Source of the DNA: a virus
DNA: 64,000 nt
Virus record (IMG/VR): IMGVR_UViG_3300028608_000008
Coordinates: 60,246 to 124,245 of that record
Direction: 5' to 3' (one strand)
Shown here: positions 45,475 through 55,258 of the stretch, piece after piece
Layout: each line of letters begins with the position of its first letter
Position numbering within the stretch: the first letter of the stretch is position 1
Translations under genes and position numbers: made by a program
The notes under the pieces: generated by a model
Seen by the model: the letters and a program-made list of their open reading frames with translations, nothing else
What the model was told of the DNA's origin: nothing
The model's database searches: none

Positions 45475-45855
45475 ATGGCAAAGATGAAATGTTTTGGCTC
45501 TGAGAAACATCCGCTGTTTATGGCGCCACTGTCGATGGTGCTCCGCGATATCGCTTTCGCCAATTACGTTGTGGGTAAACCGGCAGCGCATGGCCGCAAC
45601 GTAACGCATGCAGTTGTTTTCGAAATGCCCGAGGAAGAAACCTACCCGTGGGTACTGGTGCATCACATTCGCGCAGACGACGAAATCGAACAGTCGTACA
45701 CCATTAGCGCACACTACTGTTTCCTGACCGACGAAAAAGGCGTGGAAGGTTTCAACTGTCAATCGGCCGGAACGTGGCCGTACAAAATCATTCCGCTGGA
45801 GCGGGGCGCCAAACTGTTTATCGACATTCCGAAGGTTGAGGGGATTTCACAATGA
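45475..45855 (+). CDS. Hypothetical protein
   Basis: AAGGAG RBS. Confidence 0.75.
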   Translation: MAKMKCFGSEKHPLFMAPLSMVLRDIAFANYVVGKPAAHGRNVTHAVVFEMPEEETYPWVLVHHIRADDEIEQSYTISAHYCFLTDEKGVEGFNCQSAGTWPYKIIPLERGAKLFIDIPKVEGISQ

Positions 45856-46160
45856 CCGCGCAAATCTTGAAGTTCCCGCAAAAGGCGTACAAGTGTTTCA
45901 ACCAATCGTATCGGATCAGCGGTCCGGACAAAGATTTGCACGGCGGGCCGGTGCCTCGGCAAGTTGCAGACCTGTCCCGCGATCTGGCGCCAGTTGTACA
46001 GAAGGGCAACAAGGCAATCGAAAAACGCATTCAGGATTTCCTCAAGAAAAACAATTCACGGGAATGCGGCGACCGCCACAATTTCATGTGGGTCGATTGC
46101 AAGCCCGGTAAGGTTGGCGCGTACCTCTGTTTCCGTACCTACATTTTCCACACGGGTTGA
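45852..46160 (+). CDS. Hypothetical protein
   Basis: GAGG RBS. Confidence 0.7.
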   Translation: MTAQILKFPQKAYKCFNQSYRISGPDKDLHGGPVPRQVADLSRDLAPVVQKGNKAIEKRIQDFLKKNNSRECGDRHNFMWVDCKPGKVGAYLCFRTYIFHTG

Positions 46161-46164
46161 TAGC

Positions 46165-46359
46165 ATGCGCGAATCTCCAAACAGAATAAGGCTCGGTGCA
46201 ATCGTGCGCCGGGTCGTGCAGGAAGCAATCGTTTCGGTTTCGGAACCAGCGCAGCGCAAACTAATCGCCACCTCTATCGAACGTCAAATTGCACGGGAAT
46301 TCGCAAGCATGACGAACGCAGAGTTTGCCAAGAAATACGAAAGGTACAATCACGAATGA
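46165..46359 (+). CDS. Small hypothetical protein
   Basis: MRESPNRIRLG...; fills gap. Confidence 0.55.
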   Translation: MRESPNRIRLGAIVRRVVQEAIVSVSEPAQRKLIATSIERQIAREFASMTNAEFAKKYERYNHE

Positions 46360-46598
46360 ACGGTTACGAATTCTTGCTGGGCATGTTCATCGTCTACTGT
46401 GTTTACAAAGTAATGGCTGGAGGCAGCTTCGACAAACTGGAATTCAAACGCGGCCTAATCAAACTGTTGCGTGATGGATTCAATCCTCCGCTCGACAAAA
46501 TCATTGAGTCTTTGGAGCAAGGCAAACCAATGCACGCCCTTGAGCATGCACGCCAACTCAAAGACGACCTAAACAAACGTCACGACTTCGAGGTATAA
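46356..46598 (+). CDS. Small membrane-anchored protein
   Basis: N-terminal TM. Confidence 0.65.
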   Translation: MNGYEFLLGMFIVYCVYKVMAGGSFDKLEFKRGLIKLLRDGFNPPLDKIIESLEQGKPMHALEHARQLKDDLNKRHDFEV

Positions 46599-46602
46599 AC
46601 AA

Positions 46603-46875
46603 ATGATCCTTTCTTTCCTGCTGAACAACTCCACCGTTATCTGGACCCTTATTGCCATTTTCCTTGTACTGGTTTTGTCGCTGCACTTCTTTATCATGCG
46701 TACCCGTGCCCGCGACGCTGCCGATATGAAAGAACTTTCCACGTTGCGGTTTGAGCGTGCGTTGATTCTTCCGGAACTGAAATCGGCAATCGACCTGCTG
46801 TATTCCGGCAAGGTCAAAGACGCCCGCAACAAGCTGTGCCGCATCCGCAATACCATCGCCCCAATCGAGGATTAA
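46603..46875 (+). CDS. Small membrane-anchored protein
   Basis: N-terminal TM; GAGG RBS. Confidence 0.7.
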   Translation: MILSFLLNNSTVIWTLIAIFLVLVLSLHFFIMRTRARDAADMKELSTLRFERALILPELKSAIDLLYSGKVKDARNKLCRIRNTIAPIED

Positions 46876-46879
46876 CCAA

Positions 46880-47122
46880 ATGGACTTTTTCCAAATTGTC
46901 GGTTTGGCTATTTTGGTGGCATCGTGTTACGCGGCCGGTCGTTACGGCGTACACAGTGGTGCCAAACAGATGGCACCTCAAATACAGAAAGTTGTGTGCG
47001 CCCGCGTTCTGCCTTTGCTGGAAGAAGCGCGCACGGCCCTTTCCCACGGCTCTCGCAATGAAGTGCGCAGGTCGTTGGACGAAATCGAATTGTACCTGAC
47101 CGAAGATGTTAAGGAACGGTGA
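46880..47122 (+). CDS. Small membrane-anchored protein
   Basis: N-terminal TM; GAGG RBS. Confidence 0.7.
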   Translation: MDFFQIVGLAILVASCYAAGRYGVHSGAKQMAPQIQKVVCARVLPLLEEARTALSHGSRNEVRRSLDEIELYLTEDVKER

Positions 47123-47934
47123 TGGATCAGCAAACATTACAAAAACTGGTTGGTGAAGTTGAAGCCGAATTCGGTGTGCGCATGCTCATTGTTTCGGAAT
47201 GCAGTTCTCGCGCTTGGGGCCTCGCCACCAAAGAAAGCGATCACGACATTGCTTTCATGTATCACCAATTGCCGTGGCGTAAAGCGCTGCAAGATACTTC
47301 GACCGGCATTCACGTAAAGCGCGGCGGTGTCGATTTCCGTGGGCACGATGTTCGCCGCACGTTTGCACTGGCTTGCAATTCCAAGCTGGGCATTTACGAA
47401 ATGGTTTACAGCCCGTTGCAGTATGCGCAAGACGCGCTGGCCTATTCGACTTTGCGTGCAGTGGTCGATCACTACTACTCGCAACGCGTTCTTTTCGATT
47501 CCACTGTCGGCCACGCGAAACGCGTCTACATGAAAAGCGGTGCGTTTGATTCACCGGAAAATGTTTCGTCAAAAGACGTGCAGTACATTGTCCGTTTCGC
47601 GCAGATGGCAGCGGCGATTGCCAAAGACAAAAAGTTGCAAGTGGCAATGCACGCCCTGAACCACGGCCTGTTTTCGCCGGACGAATACGAAGTCGTGTGC
47701 AACTTGCGCAGCATGACCGTTAGCGATTTCAACACCTTCAAACAAAGTGAACTGTACCGCCGAATCATGAAACACGTCGGCGCATTGCTTGAAGAAGTTG
47801 TCGAGTTTCCAGAACGTTCGCCACGGCCAGCGGATCAGGACTACTTCGACGAAGCAAACGTACACCTTTCGATTCTACAGAAAGCGCTGTGCAACCAAAC
47901 CGATTGTCTTGAATGGACAGGTATTCTGAAATGA
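47119..47934 (+). CDS. DNA polymerase beta-superfamily nucleotidyltransferase (YcgL/RlaP-like)
   Basis: SECSSRAWGLATKESDHDIAFMY fits the (G)SRA.G....SD.D signature. Confidence 0.8.
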   Translation: MMDQQTLQKLVGEVEAEFGVRMLIVSECSSRAWGLATKESDHDIAFMYHQLPWRKALQDTSTGIHVKRGGVDFRGHDVRRTFALACNSKLGIYEMVYSPLQYAQDALAYSTLRAVVDHYYSQRVLFDSTVGHAKRVYMKSGAFDSPENVSSKDVQYIVRFAQMAAAIAKDKKLQVAMHALNHGLFSPDEYEVVCNLRSMTVSDFNTFKQSELYRRIMKHVGALLEEVVEFPERSPRPADQDYFDEANVHLSILQKALCNQTDCLEWTGILK

Positions 47935-48755
47935 GCAAACCGACCGCACGCCAGTTTTTCGAGCACGTCTACGCCGACGAAATGCAGATTCCGAAAGGTC
48001 ACGTTTTCGGTGAGCCGGGTGAAATCAATTTCGAAGACCCAACCATTCGCGAAGCGGCCTACGCTGGTTTCGCGCTGGCCTACTCCATTGTGCAAGATAC
48101 GGCTTATCGCATGACGCACAGTGTGCAGACTTTGCGTGCCCGCATTCAAGCGGAAACTACGCCGGTATTGCGTGCATTGGAAGACGACCGCGCCGTGCTG
48201 GGCAATTTCGCCGCGCAAATCAATATGCACGACGCCCGCAAAGAAGGCGACGTAATCCCACTGCCGGATGTTTTCGACTTGACCCATTTGGAAAACACGG
48301 TCGAAGGCAAACTGAAATTCGAACAGCGCCTGCTGGCCCCGCGTGCAAACAAACGCATGCGCCCAATCAGCTTGCAGGAAACCCCGGCGTTTTCCGTGGC
48401 CTACGCTTTGGAATTCGACAAGTATTACCCGATTGCCTACCGCTATCAGGATTTGGTTCTGGCGAATGGTATCGGTCCGGCCAAAGAAGAATACCAGCAA
48501 AACGTTTTCGTCGTGCTGGCAATCAAAGGCGAACCCGAACTGATGGCGCTGACGTATGCGGAAAACCTGCGCGCTGCCTTCCACCGTCTGCGAACTTTCC
48601 GGGCTGCCTGCATAAACATTTGTCCAGTTGGCGAAATCCGTGCGCTGGGCAGTTCGCTGGAAGGTGGGCCAATTGAAGCACTGGTGCTGACGCTGAATAT
48701 CCACCATCACGAATTCATGAAAGCGCAAAAGTATTCGGAGAAGCAAGATGCGTAA
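47931..48755 (+). CDS. Hypothetical protein
   Basis: ATGA overlap at 47931. Confidence 0.75.
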   Translation: MSKPTARQFFEHVYADEMQIPKGHVFGEPGEINFEDPTIREAAYAGFALAYSIVQDTAYRMTHSVQTLRARIQAETTPVLRALEDDRAVLGNFAAQINMHDARKEGDVIPLPDVFDLTHLENTVEGKLKFEQRLLAPRANKRMRPISLQETPAFSVAYALEFDKYYPIAYRYQDLVLANGIGPAKEEYQQNVFVVLAIKGEPELMALTYAENLRAAFHRLRTFRAACINICPVGEIRALGSSLEGGPIEALVLTLNIHHHEFMKAQKYSEKQDA

Positions 48756-49326
48756 ACAGCCCCGCGCCGGTCAGACTGTTTGGGATGGGAAAGGCTGCGC
48801 CGTGCGCCTGATTACTTGTAAACGCAAAGGCAAGTTCTTTGTTTGCGATACGTGGCGGGAAGGCGTGCGGGAAACTCTGCACCTGTTTCTGAATGGCAAA
48901 ATCGTGCGGCCCGCTGCGGGTGGATTCATCGGTAGTCCACTTGATGCGCTGTCGGTAGGTTTGCTGGGATGGCACCACAACCGAAAAAAGGCAAAACGTT
49001 CCGGGCCGCTGATGCGTTCCATTCGGAGCATAAATCGCCAGTTCCAAAAAATTCACGTTGTTACTGCACAAGCGCGGCGTGACGATGAACTCGACCGCAT
49101 TGGAAACTTTGCAAACGGTACGCAATTCCCCGACTGGTATGGCGTGCCTAGTGGCAGCCTGAGTTGCAAGGCGTGTGCCGTTGTCGATGCTACAGTCATG
49201 GTTCACGTTCCGGTGCGGGTTATCGAAGACCCAAACAATCCGGAAAACAATGGTCGTGAAGTCAGTATGCTCATGCCGAAGTCGCGTATCGACGCAATCA
49301 AAAAACTTACAGAAGGAACGAAGTAA
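48748..49326 (+). CDS. Hypothetical protein
   Basis: GGAG RBS. Confidence 0.7.
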   Translation: MRKQPRAGQTVWDGKGCAVRLITCKRKGKFFVCDTWREGVRETLHLFLNGKIVRPAAGGFIGSPLDALSVGLLGWHHNRKKAKRSGPLMRSIRSINRQFQKIHVVTAQARRDDELDRIGNFANGTQFPDWYGVPSGSLSCKACAVVDATVMVHVPVRVIEDPNNPENNGREVSMLMPKSRIDAIKKLTEGTK

Positions 49327-50325
49327 ATGTCGATGAAATATATTGTGGTTGAAGTTTCAGACTCCAAAGCCGATCCGGAAAGCGATAAATTCGTTCAGCA
49401 CTTGCCAATCATCTTTCCGAACACCCTCATTCACAAAGATATGTTTGAAGGTGTTCAGCAAAACCTGCTGATGGACGAAAACCATAGCTTCAATGTCGCC
49501 ACCTGTATCGGCGCCGGTTTCGTTGACCTGAGCAAATGGGGCGAGCATACCTGCTACGGCGAATCGGAAACTTTGGAAATCGCCAGCCGTGGCAAAGCGG
49601 ATTCCGATTTGATGGATACCTACCGCTTCACACACGGCATTGCCGACGCAGTAACGGTTGAATCGACGCTGGCCGAAATCGTTGGGCCGATGGGTTTCCT
49701 GCACAAACATCGCCGGACCCACGCAAACGAAATCCTGCAAGCGGCCGTGCAATTGACCAAACAGCATTTCGAAGATCGCCAGTTGCACCACAACGGTTTC
49801 GTTACCTGTGACGTGGTTGGCACCGCGTATTCGATCAACAAAGATCACACGATGACTTTGCCGCCGAATTTGCACATGGACTATATCAGCCCAGCTTCGA
49901 CCGTTCGCTTTGGTGGACTGTCGCACATGCTGACCATCGGTGGCGGTACGGAAGTAATCGAGATTCCGGACAACGAATTCTGCAAACTGTTGCCACGGGC
50001 ACGCACGACCGACACTGTGGTCAGTGCAATCGCGAAACGCAAAACATTCAACGGTGAAGCGATGTTTGGCGAAATGGAAATGACGCCGCTGTCGCCAATC
50101 CCGTTGGCCGACGAAAGCTTGGACCTCGAAAACTTCAAACTGTTTGCGCACGTCGGTGACTGCATCCTGCGTTCTGTAACCATGGATCAGGAAAACCTCG
50201 AAGGCTTCCTGCGCGATACCAAAGTCAGTGTGGTCACTGCAACCGTTCTGGAAATCGAAACCGAGACGCTGTACGTGTTTGAAGCGACCCTCGGCAACCT
50301 GTTCGACAAATTCAAAAAGATTTAA
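49327..50325 (+). CDS. Hypothetical two-domain protein
   Basis: 332 aa; N-terminal KYIV..PIIFP...H..GAGF..CYGES.TL..SR segment. Confidence 0.75.
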   Translation: MSMKYIVVEVSDSKADPESDKFVQHLPIIFPNTLIHKDMFEGVQQNLLMDENHSFNVATCIGAGFVDLSKWGEHTCYGESETLEIASRGKADSDLMDTYRFTHGIADAVTVESTLAEIVGPMGFLHKHRRTHANEILQAAVQLTKQHFEDRQLHHNGFVTCDVVGTAYSINKDHTMTLPPNLHMDYISPASTVRFGGLSHMLTIGGGTEVIEIPDNEFCKLLPRARTTDTVVSAIAKRKTFNGEAMFGEMEMTPLSPIPLADESLDLENFKLFAHVGDCILRSVTMDQENLEGFLRDTKVSVVTATVLEIETETLYVFEATLGNLFDKFKKI

Positions 50326-50341
50326 CCAAAGGGGCGTTACC

Positions 50342-50515
50342 ATGAAAGTATCGTTTGAAGTGTTTTTGAAAAAGGGTGGCCGCAAACAACTGGAAGCGGA
50401 AGGCAGCACCTACGCCGACTGCTTGGCGCAAATCAAAAAGACGCCGGGGTTTGTTCGTGTCGGTATTAGCCGCGTTGTGTCGGGCGCCGTTGCGAAAACG
50501 GAAGCGCCTGCATGA
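50342..50515 (+). CDS. Small hypothetical protein
   Basis: AAGGGG RBS. Confidence 0.6.
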   Translation: MKVSFEVFLKKGGRKQLEAEGSTYADCLAQIKKTPGFVRVGISRVVSGAVAKTEAPA

Positions 50516-51051
50516 ATGACGGATCGGCAAGTTTCTTTTTGCTGATGATGTTGGTGGTCGCTATGCTGGCGCTCACCAACTTCCTAAATCATACAGCGAA
50601 GATGGCACGCGAAGAAGAACGAAACGAACGGTTGGGACTTCGCCCCGAATCAGAAATAAAGGCGTGGCACCTCGTTTTGATTGTTGCCGTGGTCGGACTG
50701 GGCTGCATCGCCTACACCTTTTACGAGGACTGGCACCGCAAAAACTGGAAAGGCAAAGTAGTTGTCGATGAAATACGCGAATACGAAGTTCGCAAAATCA
50801 TCAATAACCCGAATAACGGCAGCGTAATGGTGCTATTGGTAAAGCCCGGAGAAAAGGAACGCGCACCAACCGGTTATGCACGTCGAGGCAAGCCTGACCT
50901 TTGGGCCGATTTTGAAAAACCTTGCCAGACCATCGACTTGTTGCCGATTGGCTCGTTGGTCAAAGCGCATTTCGTGGCGCGCCGGTACGCGGATAGTTTC
51001 CCGACTGGCTATTACGAAAAGATTGAAGAACCTGATTCCCTTTGTCCGTAA
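50512..51051 (+). CDS. Membrane protein
   Basis: Two TM segments plus soluble C-terminal domain. Confidence 0.7.
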   Translation: MNDGSASFFLLMMLVVAMLALTNFLNHTAKMAREEERNERLGLRPESEIKAWHLVLIVAVVGLGCIAYTFYEDWHRKNWKGKVVVDEIREYEVRKIINNPNNGSVMVLLVKPGEKERAPTGYARRGKPDLWADFEKPCQTIDLLPIGSLVKAHFVARRYADSFPTGYYEKIEEPDSLCP

Positions 51052-51061
51052 GGAAACGAAT

Positions 51062-51406
51062 ATGTCAACGTCCACGAAAATCATGGCCATTTTGTTTGCG
51101 TTCAGCCAGTTTGTATTGTTTTGCACGGTTGCGTCAATGGACGGTCGGCTGGAAAAGCTTGAAACGCCGGAAGTACAGTCAGCCGAGTATTCTGCCGCTG
51201 GGACAGACTATCGCGTCGTGAACGTAACGCGTTCGACTTGGCACACGCTAATTACGTTCGAACTTGCCGATTCAAAAGGCACGGCCCGTTTCCGCGCACC
51301 GTGGTTTCAGGCTTCCGGCAAATGTCCAAACGTTTCTGTCGGGCAAATCATAAAACTGGAATACACCGCAGGTCGTTTGATGAATTCTGACGACATTTGC
51401 AAGTGA
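51062..51406 (+). CDS. Secreted or membrane-anchored protein
   Basis: AAGGA RBS; signal-like N-terminus. Confidence 0.7.
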   Translation: MSTSTKIMAILFAFSQFVLFCTVASMDGRLEKLETPEVQSAEYSAAGTDYRVVNVTRSTWHTLITFELADSKGTARFRAPWFQASGKCPNVSVGQIIKLEYTAGRLMNSDDICK

Positions 51407-51412
51407 GACATT

Positions 51413-51745
51413 ATGGCATACGTTGATCGCGCACTACCGGTCTACAAGAAAACCTTTTCAAACTACACAAACATCGAACCCTGCACGTTCATGTTTCTAG
51501 GAGGTACACACGACCAGAAACCAATCAAAAACGCAATGTCCATCGGCCTCTCCGGCCTCATTGAAGACGCAAGCCAAGCACTACAAAACGAAATCGACGC
51601 GTTCGAAAAAGAAGAAGGCGACATTACAATCGTCAAACGCGATTCAAAGGTTTCATTCACAACTATGCGTGATGATGACGATTATGAAGTGGCCGCTGTA
51701 GCAATCGAAATCGAAGTGTCGTTCACACATCACGACGACGTGTAG
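51413..51745 (+). CDS. Hypothetical protein
   Basis: ORF track. Confidence 0.7.
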   Translation: MAYVDRALPVYKKTFSNYTNIEPCTFMFLGGTHDQKPIKNAMSIGLSGLIEDASQALQNEIDAFEKEEGDITIVKRDSKVSFTTMRDDDDYEVAAVAIEIEVSFTHHDDV

Positions 51746-51769
51746 AAAGCGTCAACACTGGAGCGTTAC

Positions 51770-52063
51770 ATGGAACTTCCAAAAGCAGGACAAACTGTTT
51801 TCCTTGCGGGCCAACCTCGACAAATTCTTTGTTCGAGTACGGTCGTGCGCTCGGAATCGGGGAGCCACATCGTTTGCCACGTCAACACTGAGGCAAAGAG
51901 TGGAACAGTAAAACGGAAGTTGAAAATTCACGATGATGGAACGTTTGAGATTGACGAAGTGACGGGGAGTCCGTTGCCGCGCAATCTCTCACGCTGGCAC
52001 TGGCGTAAAGAAGATTGCCAACGAGCAGTCGGCGCCGCTATGCAAAAGTTAGCAACACGTTGA
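51770..52063 (+). CDS. Hypothetical protein
   Basis: GGAG RBS. Confidence 0.7.
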   Translation: MELPKAGQTVFLAGQPRQILCSSTVVRSESGSHIVCHVNTEAKSGTVKRKLKIHDDGTFEIDEVTGSPLPRNLSRWHWRKEDCQRAVGAAMQKLATR

Positions 52064-52146
52064 ACTACAGACCCAACGTTTAAACTTTAAACCCGATGGC
52101 CGTTGTGTTTGGGAGAACCAGCGGCCTTTTCAATGGAGTGATTCAA

Positions 52147-52929
52147 ATGGCAGAAAACAAAAACTTCGTCGAGCGCAGTGTCCAAGACGGCGAAACCCCA
52201 CACCCAGCTTACGAAACGTTGAAATTTAAAGACACGCGCCACCCTGATGGCGGTCGCGGTGATTGGTTCTCGCACATTCTTCTCGGTTACGTTCCGACCG
52301 ATCTGTTTGACCAACTGTGCAAGACGCCCGGCTTCAACAATCAGGAAATGAAAGTCAGTATTACCATCAACGGCATTCAGGTAATCCACGCCGAATTCGA
52401 AGCGATGATTTCCGAATTCAGTGGCCGTATGTTGGCCGAACGCATGCAGCGCGGCGACTGGCACAATTTCGAAAAGGCGGTCGAAACCAAAGCGGAAGCA
52501 ATGCTGAAAGTTATCAGCGGCGACTTTATGGAAAAGGCTCACACCATCCATAGCATGCTGACCCAATTCGCTGACCAAAGCGAAACCATGCTGCAAACTA
52601 TTTACAACCAACCGTACAAATGGCAAATCACCAGCGAAATGAAAGATGCCGGTGCGCAAGCGGTTGAAGATTTCGGCGACTACAACGATACGCCGATCAA
52701 CCGTCGCGTTCTGGCCGACAAAGTTTATTCGGCCATGGTCAAGCTCAAACCCGAAGGCTCGGGCAAAAATGTAAAGCTCAAGTTGCCTCCGGTGATTCCG
52801 GTTCCGACCAATCACGATTTCGTTGTCGATAAACGCGAAGTGCGCGGCCGTAAGCAGATGTTTGAAGAAATGAAAACCGCACTCGCCGCTATCGGTATCG
52901 ACATTGACCAACTGGCTGCAAAAGAATGA
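52147..52929 (+). CDS. Hypothetical protein
   Basis: GGAG RBS before ATG 52147. Confidence 0.8.
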   Translation: MAENKNFVERSVQDGETPHPAYETLKFKDTRHPDGGRGDWFSHILLGYVPTDLFDQLCKTPGFNNQEMKVSITINGIQVIHAEFEAMISEFSGRMLAERMQRGDWHNFEKAVETKAEAMLKVISGDFMEKAHTIHSMLTQFADQSETMLQTIYNQPYKWQITSEMKDAGAQAVEDFGDYNDTPINRRVLADKVYSAMVKLKPEGSGKNVKLKLPPVIPVPTNHDFVVDKREVRGRKQMFEEMKTALAAIGIDIDQLAAKE

Positions 52930-53216
52930 CCCTGTACCTGATCGCGTTTTGCACCACGTTCGTCTCGATCTTCCTCAAAGGCATTCAACACAAAAACGTT
53001 ATACACTCCATGTATTGGAGCACGGGCATTACTTCGTATGCAATGAACGTGTTTGATGTTTTGCTGGTCGGCCTCAACGCCAAAATCATCATCCAAGGCG
53101 ACTACTGGTACGCATTCGTTTCCGGTACGTCGGCAGCGCTGGGCATGGTGGCCTCGATTTACGTTCACGACAAATTCATTAGCAAACGCGCACTCCGCAA
53201 AGCGCACTCACACTAA
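52926..53216 (+). CDS. Small multi-pass membrane protein (paralog of 60487)
   Basis: 3 TM-like segments; TTF..FLKGIQHKNV...VHDK. Confidence 0.75.
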   Translation: MTLYLIAFCTTFVSIFLKGIQHKNVIHSMYWSTGITSYAMNVFDVLLVGLNAKIIIQGDYWYAFVSGTSAALGMVASIYVHDKFISKRALRKAHSH

Positions 53217-53225
53217 GGAAAGAAA

Positions 53226-53984
53226 ATGCAACACATCCATTTGGAACTCGATAGCGCCCTGAATGATATTATCGCAAAATGGGCAAACAGTCTCGAAGCC
53301 AACCTCGACGACTTCGTGGTGGTCGATGGCGAGGAAGGCGATTTCGGAATCGTGCGTTATTTTGGTTTCGATCTGCACGGCAATGCCGACGTTCACTTGA
53401 TGACCCGCTATGTTGAAGGCGGCGATATCGAATCGGCCTACTACACCGAAGCCGGTGCGGAAATGGTTGAACATCTGGTCAGACGGAACCTTGATCGCGT
53501 GGTGAAAAACCAACTACGCGAAGATATCGACACGGTTGGCTACGTCGGCGGCATGTATCCGGGCTTCGTTGCCGATTACGAAAAAGCTGTGCAGATGGTC
53601 AAAGATTCCGGCAAGGAAATCAAAGGCGAACTCGGCTCAGACGTTCACGAATTCATCCCGGCAGACGCACAGCACGGCGACGTTTTCAAATGGGGCTTCC
53701 GCCTGTTTAAAGTGTTTGTCATGCGGCCCCGCGATACGACCGCGCCAACAAAGTTTGGTCTGCGCAACATTCTCGAACCGACTCAGTTTCTGGCAATGGT
53801 GCGCCCACTGCGCCCGGAAGCAAAGCGTCCCGAAGGGTTCTTCTTGTTTAGCCATGCTGACTGGTTTACCGTTTCGCAAGAAAATAAAGTTTCGCTGGTG
53901 GAGATTGCCCGTGCTGAAATGCCGGATAGACCAAACAGCTTCCCATTCACCGCGACCATTGAGCGGGTAATCTTCAATGGCTAA
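53226..53984 (+). CDS. Hypothetical protein
   Basis: AAGGA RBS. Confidence 0.75.
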   Translation: MQHIHLELDSALNDIIAKWANSLEANLDDFVVVDGEEGDFGIVRYFGFDLHGNADVHLMTRYVEGGDIESAYYTEAGAEMVEHLVRRNLDRVVKNQLREDIDTVGYVGGMYPGFVADYEKAVQMVKDSGKEIKGELGSDVHEFIPADAQHGDVFKWGFRLFKVFVMRPRDTTAPTKFGLRNILEPTQFLAMVRPLRPEAKRPEGFFLFSHADWFTVSQENKVSLVEIARAEMPDRPNSFPFTATIERVIFNG

Positions 53985-54243
53985 GTTTACCGATCAGCAA
54001 ATTCGAATCGTTGCGTGGTTCGCCGTTGCGTCAATCGCTTTCGTTTGGCCGGTGGTGCTTTGGGCGTTTATGTCTTTCATGGGCTGGGGAGGTTTCCCGG
54101 CATGGTCGCACCAGTGGTTTGCCAAACTGATGACTGCGGGCTGTTTGCTCGCAATCTTTTTGGCGGTGCCGACACGCTTTCTGGTCGAAGGCGAAATCAT
54201 CAATCGTAAAATTCGCGCTATGGATAAGGAACACATGCAATGA
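53977..54243 (+). CDS. Small membrane protein
   Basis: Two TM segments. Confidence 0.7.
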   Translation: MAKFTDQQIRIVAWFAVASIAFVWPVVLWAFMSFMGWGGFPAWSHQWFAKLMTAGCLLAIFLAVPTRFLVEGEIINRKIRAMDKEHMQ

Positions 54244-54803
54244 AACTCGTTATTCCCGGTGCTATCCGCGTTCGTGACGATGAATGCGCAGAATCTCCGT
54301 ATGCGCGCCCGCTGCTTTCCATGGTGCAGTTGGAACAAATGAAGTCTGATGTTTTCGACTTCGGCGCTGCACCAAAGGCCATCCTGCGTTTCTGCGCCGA
54401 CGATTCGCAAAAGGTTTTTGGTCGTCTGAAACTGCGCGCAGGCAAACTGGTGTACCCGGCAGGCGGCGACCCCAGCGCTGAAATCGAAATGCTGTATCTG
54501 GTGCGCAAAAGCAAAGAACAGCAATTCATCGCGTGCATGGAACAGTGGGCGTTTGCGGGCCACCCGCTGCTGGAAGAAATCGTTTACCCCGGCGAGGAAA
54601 ACACTTTCAACATCTGCCTCGACGAAGGCAACGAGTGTTTCTTCGGGACCGATTCGCAGTTTTACGAAACACTGTGTACCGGCCTTGAGAAAAGCTGGGC
54701 AGCTATGCACGACAACCTCGTGTTTTGGCGACTGATGCCTAGACGTTCGTTGCGTGAGAAAAGCATCGAAGAAATCATAAACGGCCCGGTAATTGCGCCG
54801 TGA
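54240..54803 (+). CDS. Hypothetical protein
   Basis: AAGGA RBS. Confidence 0.75.
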   Translation: MKLVIPGAIRVRDDECAESPYARPLLSMVQLEQMKSDVFDFGAAPKAILRFCADDSQKVFGRLKLRAGKLVYPAGGDPSAEIEMLYLVRKSKEQQFIACMEQWAFAGHPLLEEIVYPGEENTFNICLDEGNECFFGTDSQFYETLCTGLEKSWAAMHDNLVFWRLMPRRSLREKSIEEIINGPVIAP

Positions 54804-55258
54804 AGTGGCTTCGAAAGTTTTTCCAGAACCAGCGCATTTCCCAAGTTTGTCTATACGAGGAAATGTATAAGCGCCTTGATTCAGTGCTGCTGACCAATCT
54901 CGACTATCCGACGTTGCAACGCATTGTTTTGGACCACGCCGACGAACTCAAAATCAAATACGGTTCGATCTACATCGTGTTGTCTGCAATCCCGCCGCGC
55001 ACGTTGTCTCAGAATGGTACGGTCGAAGTCACTGTGCGTTATGTTACTTTCCTGTACGGCGATCCAAACGAAGCGGTAATCGACGTAGAGGTAAAACGCA
55101 CTTGGGACATTCCGCTGTTGCGCGGTATGGTTGTCGGTGCGCGTTGCGATTGGCAAGAAGACGCCGGTTTCGTCGGACCACTTGGGCATTGGCGCAAAAC
55201 ATTTCTCGGGTTCTCCCACACAGAAGCTGCTGAATTGCAAATAGGGGATTTGATATGA
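54800..55258 (+). CDS. Hypothetical protein
   Basis: GTG start overlapping upstream stop. Confidence 0.7.
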   Translation: MKWLRKFFQNQRISQVCLYEEMYKRLDSVLLTNLDYPTLQRIVLDHADELKIKYGSIYIVLSAIPPRTLSQNGTVEVTVRYVTFLYGDPNEAVIDVEVKRTWDIPLLRGMVVGARCDWQEDAGFVGPLGHWRKTFLGFSHTEAAELQIGDLI

